IMG/VR virus record: IMGVR_UViG_3300029288_006559
Coordinates: 32,001-96,000 of that record
Strand: one strand, 5' to 3'
From: a virus
Taxonomy: Duplodnaviria > Caudoviricetes
DNA length: 64,000 bases
A model generated the notes under the pieces. It did no database searches. It was not told the DNA's origin and saw nothing but the letters and a program-made list of their open reading frames with translations. Position 1 is the stretch's first letter. Every line of letters begins with the position of its first letter. The translations under genes were made by a program, and so were the position numbers. This document shows, one piece after another, positions 9,525 through 18,743 of this stretch.

Positions 9525-10278
9525 CGGCCGTGTTTTTGTTACTTCTGATGATATTCGTAAGATAAAAGAAGCAACCATAGGTGTTGTTTGTAAGAACAAG
9601 TGTGGGGGAACCGGTTCTATAGTCTCTAAAAACGTTATAAGAGATTGTGAGTGTCTATTAGAGTTTCAAGCTCAATTAGCTTATCTTTGTGCAGGCATTC
9701 CAAAGAAATATTGGAATTTTACTTTTGATGATCTTCTTCCAGCCTTTCAAAAATCTAATACTATTGCGCTTAAAATAATTAGTAATTATTTTGAAAGAAT
9801 TCCTGAAATGATTTTCGATGGTGTGGGTTTATATATTCAAGGAAAAAGCGGTTTGGCAAAAAGTGCGTTGGCCTCTTTGATTTTAAAAGAAGCCAAGTTA
9901 TTAACTTACGACTGTTACTGTATTAGGATGTCTCAGCTAACAAAATTAGTCTTCGAAAGCTTGAATGATCCCGACAAAAGAGATATGTTAAAGTGGTTAA
10001 AGGATGATGTTCAGCTTTTAGTTATTGATGAAATAGATAAAGATTATAGAATTCAGAGCACCGACGGATTTGCGGGCAATCAAATAAACGAATTCTTTGG
10101 AGATGTTTATAATTCTAAAAAAGCTTTAATTGTAACATCTAATCTGTCTAAAAAGGATCTATCAAAAGTACATGCTTTAAACGTTGTCGATCGTTTGTCT
10201 GAACTTGTTGATGTTGTATTAGTAGGCGAAAGTTATCGTAATCAAGAGGATGCACTGAAAAAAATTATAGGTGAGTAG
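9514..10278 (+). CDS. DnaC/IstB-like AAA+ helicase loader
   Basis: N-terminal Zn site (CKNKC...CEC), Walker A variant GKSGLAKS, Walker B LLVIDEID, IVTSNL, DRL, GESYR. Confidence 0.85.
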   Translation: MSVNGRVFVTSDDIRKIKEATIGVVCKNKCGGTGSIVSKNVIRDCECLLEFQAQLAYLCAGIPKKYWNFTFDDLLPAFQKSNTIALKIISNYFERIPEMIFDGVGLYIQGKSGLAKSALASLILKEAKLLTYDCYCIRMSQLTKLVFESLNDPDKRDMLKWLKDDVQLLVIDEIDKDYRIQSTDGFAGNQINEFFGDVYNSKKALIVTSNLSKKDLSKVHALNVVDRLSELVDVVLVGESYRNQEDALKKIIGE

Positions 10279-10573
10279 AATGTTATCCGCTTATACATTC
10301 GGGGATTCTAAGGCAGCTCGAATACTCTGTGAAATTTTAGATAAAAGAAATAAGAAAACCAGACATAATGTTTGTCGTCAGATAACTAAGTTTACAGAAA
10401 TTCTTAACTCTATAGCAACAATAAGTAATCAAGAACATAAGGTGAAGTTAGCCCTTATGTTGCTCAACTATTATTTACATTTTTTTGATAATGTTTCGTG
10501 CATAGCTTCTGATTTTGAACTTTTATCTTTTTATAAAAATATTCTTAAGATGAAGTATCGACAAATAGTATAG
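10271..10573 (+). CDS. hypothetical protein
   Basis: 100-aa ORF overlapping the upstream gene. Confidence 0.5.
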   Translation: MSRMLSAYTFGDSKAARILCEILDKRNKKTRHNVCRQITKFTEILNSIATISNQEHKVKLALMLLNYYLHFFDNVSCIASDFELLSFYKNILKMKYRQIV

Positions 10574-10588
10574 AAGGAGTTTAATACG

Positions 10589-10762
10589 GTGGAGAAAGTA
10601 AAAGATGATTTTGATAGACTTTCAAAAGAACTTTATAAATATATGAAAAAACAAGGATGGGAGCTATTAGTGCTTTCCTCCCCCTTTGTTGTTCAAAATG
10701 TTAGCGACAAAAAGTATAATTTTGATCTCGTGTTTAAGTTTACGGGTAAGAAAATAAAGTAA
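10589..10762 (+). CDS. small hypothetical protein (57 aa, absent from ORF track)
   Basis: AAGGAG RBS then GTG; MEKVKDDF...GKKIK; fills the gap exactly. Confidence 0.55.
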   Translation: MEKVKDDFDRLSKELYKYMKKQGWELLVLSSPFVVQNVSDKKYNFDLVFKFTGKKIK

Positions 10763-10948
10763 ATGAACAATGTAAAATCTATTCTTAAAACGATAGATAG
10801 AGAAATAAGGATACGACAGGGGAGTGCTAGGTGGTTTCGTAAGCACGAACCGTTGAATATTACTGTTTATAAGGTGAGCGAGCTTCATCAACATAGTGTC
10901 ACTGTCTTAAAATACCTAAAACAACAGATAAAAGAATTAAGTGAATAA
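10763..10948 (+). CDS. hypothetical protein
   Basis: 61-aa ORF in tight operon. Confidence 0.5.
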   Translation: MNNVKSILKTIDREIRIRQGSARWFRKHEPLNITVYKVSELHQHSVTVLKYLKQQIKELSE

Positions 10949-12257
10949 TATAAAATTCTTTGATGCAGATATAGAAGCTTATGTAATAGCGTCGTTGTTA
11001 AACGATCCTACGAATTGGAAAAACATTCCAGAAAATTGGTTTCGTGAACCCATATCTCAGAAAGCTTATTCTGAATTAAAAAAATGCCTTGCTCCTCCAT
11101 ATACTACTTTTCCTACAATAGATATTTTAATGAGTACTGTTGAGGATCCTGAGACTAAATTATTTCTAAGAGAATTATCGCACATAAAAACAGATCCCCG
11201 TACCGCCGCTTTTAGAAAAAACGAACTCTTTGAAATGTACGCCACCCGAAGAGTAGATGAGATTATTAGAAGAATACCTACTTCTTTATCTCAAAAGAAA
11301 ATAGATACCCTAGTACAAGAAACAATTCGTGAATTTGCTGAATTGCAAAACCCTTTATTGTATGGTAATAGAGAAAGAGGGTTTATTTATGATCGTGCGC
11401 AAGACAGGTGGGATTACTATAAAGATATAGAAAGCGATCCTACGAAAAGAGAGGGAATTCCTTTTCATATTAATGAATTAGATAAGCATACGAGGGGGGG
11501 CATTAGAAAACCTCATATCTTTTTGCTTTATGCCGCTACCGGAGGGTTTAAGAGTAGGGTTAAAGCAAATTTAGCCTATAATTTTTCTTTTTTAGGCCAT
11601 CAAGATGTTATGGTAATTACTCTTGAAATTCCAAATAATGACTATGAAAGAATTATCGATAGCCGTCACGGGTTGCTGGATTTTAATAATATAGTAGCTG
11701 GAGATTTAGGGCCGGATAAAGATAGGTATTTTGATGCCCTGAGTAATATTATGGTGGCTAAACCTTCTTTATACATTGTTGATATTCCTGATAGATCTAC
11801 CTCAGCCGACGTAATTGCAGAGCTTAATTTATACCGTGCAGAATTCGGAAAGTACCCTGATATTGTTGTTTTAGATTATGTTAATGAAATGGAACCTGTA
11901 GGAGAGTGGCAAGGTACTAGTGATAAATACAAGACGCTCGGCGTAGAACTACGCAGGATTTGCCGTACACACAACATAGCTTTAATTACAAGTATGCAAG
12001 AAAACAGGGAAGGGGCAAAAAAGAAGGATAAAGAAAAGTCGGGACTTGAAAATGTGGGGGAAAGTCATTATTTTTCTAATGTGTGTCATTTAGTTATTCA
12101 CTTATATCAAGATGAGGCTGATGTTGTGGAAAATGCTTTACATTGGAGCATAAAGAAAAACAGGTATGGGCCGAAAGATTTGAGCTTTATTACTTATGCT
12201 AACGCAGCTTTGAACTATGTCGGAGATAGACAATTGCATATAGGAGATTCTGTATAA
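10941..12257 (+). CDS. dnaB: DnaB-like replicative helicase
   Basis: AATGGFKS Walker A, ITLE, VVLDY, SMQENRE, KNRYG. Confidence 0.88.
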   Translation: MNNIKFFDADIEAYVIASLLNDPTNWKNIPENWFREPISQKAYSELKKCLAPPYTTFPTIDILMSTVEDPETKLFLRELSHIKTDPRTAAFRKNELFEMYATRRVDEIIRRIPTSLSQKKIDTLVQETIREFAELQNPLLYGNRERGFIYDRAQDRWDYYKDIESDPTKREGIPFHINELDKHTRGGIRKPHIFLLYAATGGFKSRVKANLAYNFSFLGHQDVMVITLEIPNNDYERIIDSRHGLLDFNNIVAGDLGPDKDRYFDALSNIMVAKPSLYIVDIPDRSTSADVIAELNLYRAEFGKYPDIVVLDYVNEMEPVGEWQGTSDKYKTLGVELRRICRTHNIALITSMQENREGAKKKDKEKSGLENVGESHYFSNVCHLVIHLYQDEADVVENALHWSIKKNRYGPKDLSFITYANAALNYVGDRQLHIGDSV

Positions 12258-12403
12258 TGGATAATTGGTTTTTTGCTCTTCTTATTGTTTTAGTTTTCGC
12301 TGGAATGTTTTCTATTATTTACTTTCCCTACCTGACTCATAAGAAAAGAGTAGATGAAATTATTAAAAATATAAAATCAACTAAAAGAACAATGTACTTT
12401 TAA
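12257..12403 (+). CDS. small membrane peptide (48 aa)
   Basis: TAATG-coupled to dnaB; MDNWFFALLIVLVFAGMFSIILL hydrophobic helix. Confidence 0.5.
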   Translation: MDNWFFALLIVLVFAGMFSIIYFPYLTHKKRVDEIIKNIKSTKRTMYF

Positions 12404-12407
12404 TAAT

Positions 12408-12947
12408 ATGTCTAGGCAATCTAGAGTTCAACAAACATTAAATCATTACGGGATCTATTTTGAAGCAGATCCTGCAAAATTATCTGAGTGGTTATATCTT
12501 TGTCCTTTCCACGATGACCATGACGTTGGTAGCGCGTTTTTTAATGATACTAAAGAATGTTATCATTGTTTTAGTTGCGGGGAAGGGGGTAGTTTAGCAG
12601 AATTTATAGCTAAAATAGAAGGGTGTACAACAGCAGATGCTGCTATTCTATTAGATAATAATTTTAAAAAACCTGGAACATATGATTTAGAAGCTACTCA
12701 ACGTTTTCTTTCTTGTAAACTTGATTCTTCTCCATCTTCTGTTACATATCAGCGATTAGTCGAAGGGGTTGTTACAAGATTACTCCAAAAGAGTTCCGTA
12801 AATGTTACATCTTTGCGTAATGCTATAGCCTTTGGAACATGGGCTATGTCTTTTAAAGATGATAATTTGAATAAAAAGTCAAAACAAGTACTTACTCTTT
12901 ACGATGAGTTTTACGATAAGTACATTACAACCAATTGTTTTAAATAA
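12408..12947 (+). CDS. primase CHC2 zinc-binding domain protein (N-terminal part of split DnaG)
   Basis: CPFHDDH...S...YHCFSCGEGG...F...IEG; no Toprim domain. Confidence 0.82.
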   Translation: MSRQSRVQQTLNHYGIYFEADPAKLSEWLYLCPFHDDHDVGSAFFNDTKECYHCFSCGEGGSLAEFIAKIEGCTTADAAILLDNNFKKPGTYDLEATQRFLSCKLDSSPSSVTYQRLVEGVVTRLLQKSSVNVTSLRNAIAFGTWAMSFKDDNLNKKSKQVLTLYDEFYDKYITTNCFK

Positions 12948-12961
12948 AGAAAGGTTTTTAC

Positions 12962-13897
12962 ATGTCAGAACTTCCAGATATTCAAAATCAAAAAGACGAG
13001 CGTGGTATCGCTATTGATAGAGTTGGTGTAACAGGAATTATATTTCCGACCAAAGTAAGGGTTAAAAGAACGAAGATGGATCAATCTCTTCTTACTCTTC
13101 AACAGGAAACCGCTGCTAAGGTAGATTTATACGTTGGACTTCCTCACGATTATAGAGGAGCTAACCTTTCAAGATTTATGCAATGTTTGCTTTACTTCCA
13201 CCTCCAAGGAGCTGGATGTTTATCTATTGATACATTGCCTGAGCTTTTAAAAAAACTTCAAGAAGAAATGAAAAGTGAAGATGCTTATGCAAGGATAGAA
13301 TTTAATTACTTTGCAAACAAACTTTCTCCTGTAACAGAACTTTCTGCTCCTCAGGCTTACAAGTGTGCGTTTACGGGGATAATGAAAAAGGATGTGTATA
13401 GATTTATCTTGGAAGTGAATGTAATCGCTGCCTCTTTATGTCCTTGCAGTAAAGAGATGAGCCTGTTAGAGAATTTAACTGAAATTGTTAAGGAAAAGGA
13501 TACAGCGACAATCATAGGTGAAGGGGGGCCTCCAATGCTAGCAGGAAAGTCCTTACTCTCCCAGGTTGGTATGGGAGCCCATAATCAACGTTCTTTAATA
13601 CGTGTACAATTAACGTCGAAAGATAATCAAATAATATGGATAGAAGATGTTATTGACGCTATTGAAAAATCAGCTTCTGCTCCTACATACCCTGTATTGA
13701 AAAGGCCAGATGAAAAGTTTGTGACTGAACAAGCATATAACAATGCTAAGTTTAGTGAAGATATTTTAAGAGATTTGCAAAAGAATATAGAAGCTTTACC
13801 TAATGTAGACTCTTGGTCTTTAAAGGTAGAGAACGAAGAGTCTATACATCCTTATAATGTTACATGTTATCAAAATTCTGATAATTGGAATCATTGA
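12962..13897 (+). CDS. folE2: GTP cyclohydrolase IB
   Basis: LPDIQ, IDRVGV, GANLSRF, LCPCSKE, GAHNQRS, LKRPDEK, FSED, ENEESIH. Confidence 0.93.
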   Translation: MSELPDIQNQKDERGIAIDRVGVTGIIFPTKVRVKRTKMDQSLLTLQQETAAKVDLYVGLPHDYRGANLSRFMQCLLYFHLQGAGCLSIDTLPELLKKLQEEMKSEDAYARIEFNYFANKLSPVTELSAPQAYKCAFTGIMKKDVYRFILEVNVIAASLCPCSKEMSLLENLTEIVKEKDTATIIGEGGPPMLAGKSLLSQVGMGAHNQRSLIRVQLTSKDNQIIWIEDVIDAIEKSASAPTYPVLKRPDEKFVTEQAYNNAKFSEDILRDLQKNIEALPNVDSWSLKVENEESIHPYNVTCYQNSDNWNH

Positions 13898-13929
13898 TTT
13901 TATTGATGTTTTTTATGTAAAAAAACCAG

Positions 13930-13975
13930 TTGCTTTTATGTACATATAATTGCATATTGTAGTGTGGTAAGAAAG
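13930..13975 (+). promoter_or_regulatory. class A (sigma70-like, probably early) promoter TTGCTT-N17-CATATT-N6-TGGTAAGAAAG
   Basis: Same motif at 16523 and 32035. Confidence 0.72.
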
Positions 13976-13997
13976 GTAAAATATATCAATCAAATAT

Positions 13998-14873
13998 ATG
14001 GAGGTATTTATGAATCCCACTAACAATGTTTTACATCACCCCAGAATGCGAAATCGCTGTACCGACAAATCTATTGTCGATTTTCCTGTTATAACTCATC
14101 CACTGCGTATTATAGATGAAAAACAGGAAAAGTTAATTAAAGGTGATAGAGGTGTTTGTGTTGTAAGAAGTGATACTAAAGAAGTTATTTGCCGCGGTAG
14201 TTCCGAGTATCAACTTGTTCCTCATATTCAAATTCTTTCTTCTATAGAAGCTATGTTCGAGGCAAATAATTTGGAATATCAGATATTTGATATTCATACC
14301 GGCGGTACGAAGGGAAATAGGATGTACGTGGATTATATTTTACCCGCACATAAGTTCGATATAGATGGAGACAAATATACTCCCTTTGTTCAAGTACAGA
14401 ATAGTTATGATAAACTTATTTTGTTCGGACTTGTTACAGGTGTTTATCGAACGGCGTGTACAAACGGTTTATTGCTTGGCCTGCGTGATACACAATTTAT
14501 GACAAAGAAACATTTAGGCGAAAATATTTCTTTGAAGGACATTTCTTGGGATATAGATGGTTGGATTCAGAATCTTGGAATTGCACGCGCTCAAATTGCG
14601 AATCTTTTGAAGAAAAAACTATCCAAGACTACTTATGAAGATATATTAAAGAGGGTTTTGAATAAAGAAAAAGATCAAAAGAAGTTTGAAGAAGAAAAGC
14701 TCTACAAGATGTATAGCAAAGAATTTGGTGATAATCAATATGCTTTATTCAATGCTCTGACACATTATGCAACTCATACATTGGATGATGTCGAATTTTG
14801 TAAAAATCATGACAAAGCAAGAGCTATTCAATTAGGTATATCTAAGGTTTTATTGCAGCCGGTTCAAAATTGA
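13998..14873 (+). CDS. DUF932/DUF945-family protein
   Basis: YQLVPH, NSYD, YRTACTNGL, KH, YALFNALTHYATH. Probable start 14010 after GGAGG. Confidence 0.8.
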   Translation: MEVFMNPTNNVLHHPRMRNRCTDKSIVDFPVITHPLRIIDEKQEKLIKGDRGVCVVRSDTKEVICRGSSEYQLVPHIQILSSIEAMFEANNLEYQIFDIHTGGTKGNRMYVDYILPAHKFDIDGDKYTPFVQVQNSYDKLILFGLVTGVYRTACTNGLLLGLRDTQFMTKKHLGENISLKDISWDIDGWIQNLGIARAQIANLLKKKLSKTTYEDILKRVLNKEKDQKKFEEEKLYKMYSKEFGDNQYALFNALTHYATHTLDDVEFCKNHDKARAIQLGISKVLLQPVQN

Positions 14874-14884
14874 CATTGAATAAC

Positions 14885-14915
14885 GAAAGCCCTCACTAAG
14901 AGGGCTTTCTATTTT
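14885..14915 (+). terminator. intrinsic terminator
   Basis: GAAAGCCCTC-ACTAA-GAGGGCTTTC followed by T-rich tail. Confidence 0.8.
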
Positions 14916-14999
14916 ATATATCTATATAAGGAGAATAAATATGGAAGCAAAACAAATTGAAAAGGACTGACAGTTAATTGATTAGAAAAGGAGCGGAGT

Positions 15000-15971
15000 A
15001 TGAGTGACATCTCAGTAGAAATTGATAAATTAGCTGAACAATGTTGTGAAAAAATGACTTGGAGTGCCAGAACAGAATATTTTCGTTATCAGAAGCGGGT
15101 GCGAGAAGAAGGTAAATGTATTAAGAAAAGATATGAGGTGGGTAATTATTATTATAAAGGTAAACGGCGTGGGCAATTGCGCGATGTATATGAAGTAAAG
15201 GGAGATCTTTTTAATCAATTATGGAAAAAATTATACCCTTACGCAATTACATCAATTATGAATTCTGGTATTGCTAAAGACAGGGACGATGCAGAGTGTA
15301 TTGCATCTGATATGAAAGCTCAAGCTTTTTATGTTCTGCGATCTTTCGGATCCGTTGTTCGTGGCAAGAAGCGTAATCAGAAATTTTCAGGTGTGTTTCG
15401 TACTATTGTAATAAATGTTCTTCAGACCACCGCAAGACGTAGGGGTAGAGTTTCAAAACATAAAATTGAAGAACATAAAATTACAGAATATAGATGTCCT
15501 GAATGTGGTAGTGAACTATATCAGCATCCAAATCTAGCATTTAAAGATATTTTAATTTGTCCTCATTGTGATAATAAAGAATTTTCAAAGTTCGGGAAAG
15601 GTTATAGTACTCGTATTTTATTTGATGCTGTTAGTATCAATTCTCCTGTTAATAGCGATGAAAACGGGAATGGAATGACTTTAGAGGATAAGATTCCCAG
15701 CAGTTCTATTGTAAACAATTTTCCCTTGATAATAGATGTCCCCGATAAATTTCAATCATACATTTTTGATTTATTAAAAGGGAAATCTATAGTTGACGTA
15801 GCAAAACAGAATGGGTACCGGACGAAGGAAAGAATTGCAAAGTTTAGGTCTGATTTGCAAGAAGCAATGGGGCCTGTTTTGCAAGAATATTTTCCGAAAA
15901 AATTACATTATGATGAAAAAAAAGAAATGTGGAAAGTAATAAAATCTATTAAAAAGGAGAAACATATATGA
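15000..15971 (+). CDS. phage sigma70-like factor with zinc-ribbon insertion
   Basis: Region-2-like DDAECI...KFSGVFRTIVINVLQT..RR; CPEC/CPHC; region-3-like VSINSPV...TLEDKIP; C-terminal HTH (GKSIVDVAKQNG). Confidence 0.6.
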   Translation: MSDISVEIDKLAEQCCEKMTWSARTEYFRYQKRVREEGKCIKKRYEVGNYYYKGKRRGQLRDVYEVKGDLFNQLWKKLYPYAITSIMNSGIAKDRDDAECIASDMKAQAFYVLRSFGSVVRGKKRNQKFSGVFRTIVINVLQTTARRRGRVSKHKIEEHKITEYRCPECGSELYQHPNLAFKDILICPHCDNKEFSKFGKGYSTRILFDAVSINSPVNSDENGNGMTLEDKIPSSSIVNNFPLIIDVPDKFQSYIFDLLKGKSIVDVAKQNGYRTKERIAKFRSDLQEAMGPVLQEYFPKKLHYDEKKEMWKVIKSIKKEKHI

Positions 15972-16411
15972 AAAACTTAATTGTTTTTATAATTGCAATA
16001 ATTACTTTGTCCGGCTGCTTTGGTCCTGCAGCTGATATTATTTTGCAAAAAGATGATTTATTTACCCAACCATTGAAAAAGGTTCTAATCAAGGTTGAAA
16101 GTCTTTCGGTGGCAGATAAACTTCAAACAGAAGAAGAACTGGTTGAAGAATTTAAGACGGTATTAATAGATGCCAGTGCAGATCACGAGCTTTTTCCACT
16201 GACTGAGGATTATTCTTTAACATACAGAGATAGTGTTTTAAAGGCTCAAAATTTCGATGGTATTCTTGAAATACGCCCTTATGGGAATATTATCCTATAT
16301 GATATACAAGGACGTAAACTTGTAGTAGCGGGTAATTTAAAGTCAGAAAAATTTCCAGATGCTTACTATCTCGTGATGTGGCTACAAGGACTTGGTTTTA
16401 CAGAAGGTTAG
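15968..16411 (+). CDS. putative lipoprotein
   Basis: Signal peptide ending in lipobox LSGC. Confidence 0.65.
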   Translation: MKNLIVFIIAIITLSGCFGPAADIILQKDDLFTQPLKKVLIKVESLSVADKLQTEEELVEEFKTVLIDASADHELFPLTEDYSLTYRDSVLKAQNFDGILEIRPYGNIILYDIQGRKLVVAGNLKSEKFPDAYYLVMWLQGLGFTEG

Positions 16412-16453
16412 AGGAATTTCTTTCAGAAGAAGGTGAGTTGTTAGCGTAACCAT

Positions 16454-16470
16454 GCGTGTATAATAATAGA
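16454..16470 (+). promoter_or_regulatory. class B motif GCGTGTAT plus AT-rich tract (candidate phage promoter)
   Basis: Recurs at 26962, 29672, 29760, 35702, 38568 and 58851. Confidence 0.55.
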
Positions 16471-16522
16471 TAGAAAGATGTATTTATAGTGTATTATCCC
16501 TTGATTTTATTGGTTAAAAATG

Positions 16523-16568
16523 TTGCTTTTTTGGGTAAATATGGACATATTATATTATGGTAAGAAAG
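16523..16568 (+). promoter_or_regulatory. class A promoter TTGCTT-N17-CATATT-N6-TGGTAAGAAAG
   Basis: Second copy of the motif. Confidence 0.72.
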
Positions 16569-16602
16569 CACATAATCCAAACAATAATAAAGGAATGAAT
16601 CT

Positions 16603-17364
16603 ATGACAAATAAATCTGTTGATCGTATAAAAAAAGAGGCTCAAAAAGAAGCCGCTGCTGAAATTGCAGAGGAATTGAGAAACTCCCCTAAGTATTTATT
16701 TCCTGATCCTAATGCTCCTAAAATTGATGAGCAAACGAAACAACCTATTATTTTTGCAAAAGACGCAGAGATAGGTAAAGATTATCTTACTGTAGGTTTT
16801 TATTATAAAGTAACCCTTTTGAAAAAGTATGGAGATGAAACTCATGTGTCTAGCGTTCAAATCCAAACAGAAGGAGAATATAAGCCCATAAATGTTGCGG
16901 GAGGTACCGAACTTATTGAGTATAAAGAAGAGTTTCATAAACCACGCGTAGTAACTACACTAGATTCTGATGAAGACACAACCCCCCCTACCAATTCCAA
17001 GGAGAAACACAAAATGCCAAAAACAAGCAAGCCACCTAAGGCTTCTGAGCAACCTCAACCTAAAATGAGCGATATCATTGTTCCTATGCTAGCAGCTGCA
17101 AAATATACAGCTACTGAGATTGCAGATGCTGTTATAGAAAAGTTCCCTGAAAAGAAAAGTGAACGCGATAAGTTAATCAGTCAAATTGCAGGTCCTCGTT
17201 TGTATAATCTGTTAAAGGATACTACAAAGTGGCAAAACGGAAAAAAACCGGGGTTGAGGGGCGCTGAATCTACACCCCCTTCAAAAAAAGATTCCAAGAA
17301 GAAGCCTGCTAAAAAAGAAACCCCCAGCGAAGTTCCCGAGAATACAGCTGAAGTTTCTAAATAA
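16603..17364 (+). CDS. hypothetical protein with C-terminal HTH-like domain duplicated in the next gene
   Basis: KMSDII..ML...YTATEIADAVIEKFPE...LISQIAGPR; internal AAGGAG-N9-ATG at about 17014. Confidence 0.65.
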   Translation: MTNKSVDRIKKEAQKEAAAEIAEELRNSPKYLFPDPNAPKIDEQTKQPIIFAKDAEIGKDYLTVGFYYKVTLLKKYGDETHVSSVQIQTEGEYKPINVAGGTELIEYKEEFHKPRVVTTLDSDEDTTPPTNSKEKHKMPKTSKPPKASEQPQPKMSDIIVPMLAAAKYTATEIADAVIEKFPEKKSERDKLISQIAGPRLYNLLKDTTKWQNGKKPGLRGAESTPPSKKDSKKKPAKKETPSEVPENTAEVSK

Positions 17365-17385
17365 AAATTGTTCGCTTACCAGTAG

Positions 17386-17420
17386 AGCCCTTTATTTTAG
17401 TATAAAGGGCTTATATTTTT
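17386..17420 (+). terminator. intrinsic terminator
   Basis: AGCCCTTTAT-N6-ATAAAGGGCT followed by T-rich tail. Confidence 0.72.
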
Positions 17421-17436
17421 CTTTACAAGGATTATT

Positions 17437-17673
17437 ATGTCAAAAGCTAACAAGTGTCGTAAAATGAGTCACATTATTCTTCCTATGTTAGCTGAAGGTA
17501 TTTATACTTCAGCACAAATAGCCGATGCTGTTATAAAAAAGTTTCCAGAACAGAAATCTCGAAGAGACGCACTTATTTCTCAGATTGAAGGACCGCGCAC
17601 TTATTATATTATTCATCGCAAGGATCTCTGGCAGGGCAGGAAGAAACCAGGAGTAAAAGTTACTAGAAAATAA
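17437..17673 (+). CDS. small HTH-like protein, paralogue of the C-terminal domain of 16603..17364
   Basis: KMSHII..ML...YTSAQIADAVIKKFPE...LISQIEGPR. Confidence 0.7.
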   Translation: MSKANKCRKMSHIILPMLAEGIYTSAQIADAVIKKFPEQKSRRDALISQIEGPRTYYIIHRKDLWQGRKKPGVKVTRK

Positions 17674-17684
17674 CGGAGAGACGC

Positions 17685-18692
17685 ATGAAAAATAGTGCAG
17701 ACACGTCTATTGAAGACTTTGGAGCAGATATTCCTACTAAGAGAATTAATGGAGAGAGTAGTGCATGTAGAGAAGCTACACCTGTTCCTGTAGAGACTGA
17801 TAATAAGTCTTTTACATTTCTTAGACAATGGGCCAAGGTAGGAGACGACGCTTATTTACCTGTCGGAGAATGCCTTCACCTTTTACCTTCAGGACTTTAC
17901 GATTATAATATAACAACTCAAGGTATTGTTTTCAATAAAAAACAGATTAATACCGATACTCTTATTAACTTTCCAGATAGCGTATCCGAAAATGTACTGC
18001 AAGAAATAGATAGATTTTGGTTAGCGGGGGATGCATTTTCTAAGTATGGTTTTTTACAACGTAGGGGCTACATTCTTTATGGAGGACAGGGAGGGGGAAA
18101 GAGTTGCATTGTTCAGCAGATTATCGAAGGTATTGTAAAAAAGAATGGATTAGCTTTTATTGGTAATAATAATCCAGAAACTTTTGGGCATGTTTTACAT
18201 ACTTTGCGTATTATTGAACCTACTCGTCCGATTGTTTGTATATTTGAGGATATAGATGCTATAGTTCAACATTACGGAGAAGCCTCATTGCTATCCCTCT
18301 TAGATGGAGAAATTCAAGTTAGTAACGTTTTAAATATAGCTACTACAAATTACCCTGAAAGGTTAGACCCCCGTATTGTCGCTCGTCCACGTAGGTTTGA
18401 CAGAATTATTAAGATAAATATGCCAGAAGCTCGTATTAGAAAGATATATTTAGAGCATAAATTAATAGGGGCTACTTCTGAGGAAATAGATTTATGGACA
18501 GAAGCTACCGATAATTTTTCTTTTGCCGCTCTAGCCGATTTAGTTATTAGTGTAAAATGTTTAGGAAACAATTTCGAAGACACTGTTGCTACTTTAAAGA
18601 AATTGCAAACAAAGAAAGTATCTTCTGCGGAATTCGACAAAGTTACAGTTGGCTTCGGTGATAGAGATAATGGGAAACTGTCGAGAGGATAG
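17685..18692 (+). CDS. AAA+ ATPase
   Basis: GGQGGGKS, IFEDID, ATTNYPERLD, RPRRFD. Confidence 0.88.
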   Translation: MKNSADTSIEDFGADIPTKRINGESSACREATPVPVETDNKSFTFLRQWAKVGDDAYLPVGECLHLLPSGLYDYNITTQGIVFNKKQINTDTLINFPDSVSENVLQEIDRFWLAGDAFSKYGFLQRRGYILYGGQGGGKSCIVQQIIEGIVKKNGLAFIGNNNPETFGHVLHTLRIIEPTRPIVCIFEDIDAIVQHYGEASLLSLLDGEIQVSNVLNIATTNYPERLDPRIVARPRRFDRIIKINMPEARIRKIYLEHKLIGATSEEIDLWTEATDNFSFAALADLVISVKCLGNNFEDTVATLKKLQTKKVSSAEFDKVTVGFGDRDNGKLSRG

Positions 18693-18743
18693 GTTTTGAT
18701 TTAGGTGGTTGTAAGGTAACAATTAATAATAAAGGTAACTAAT

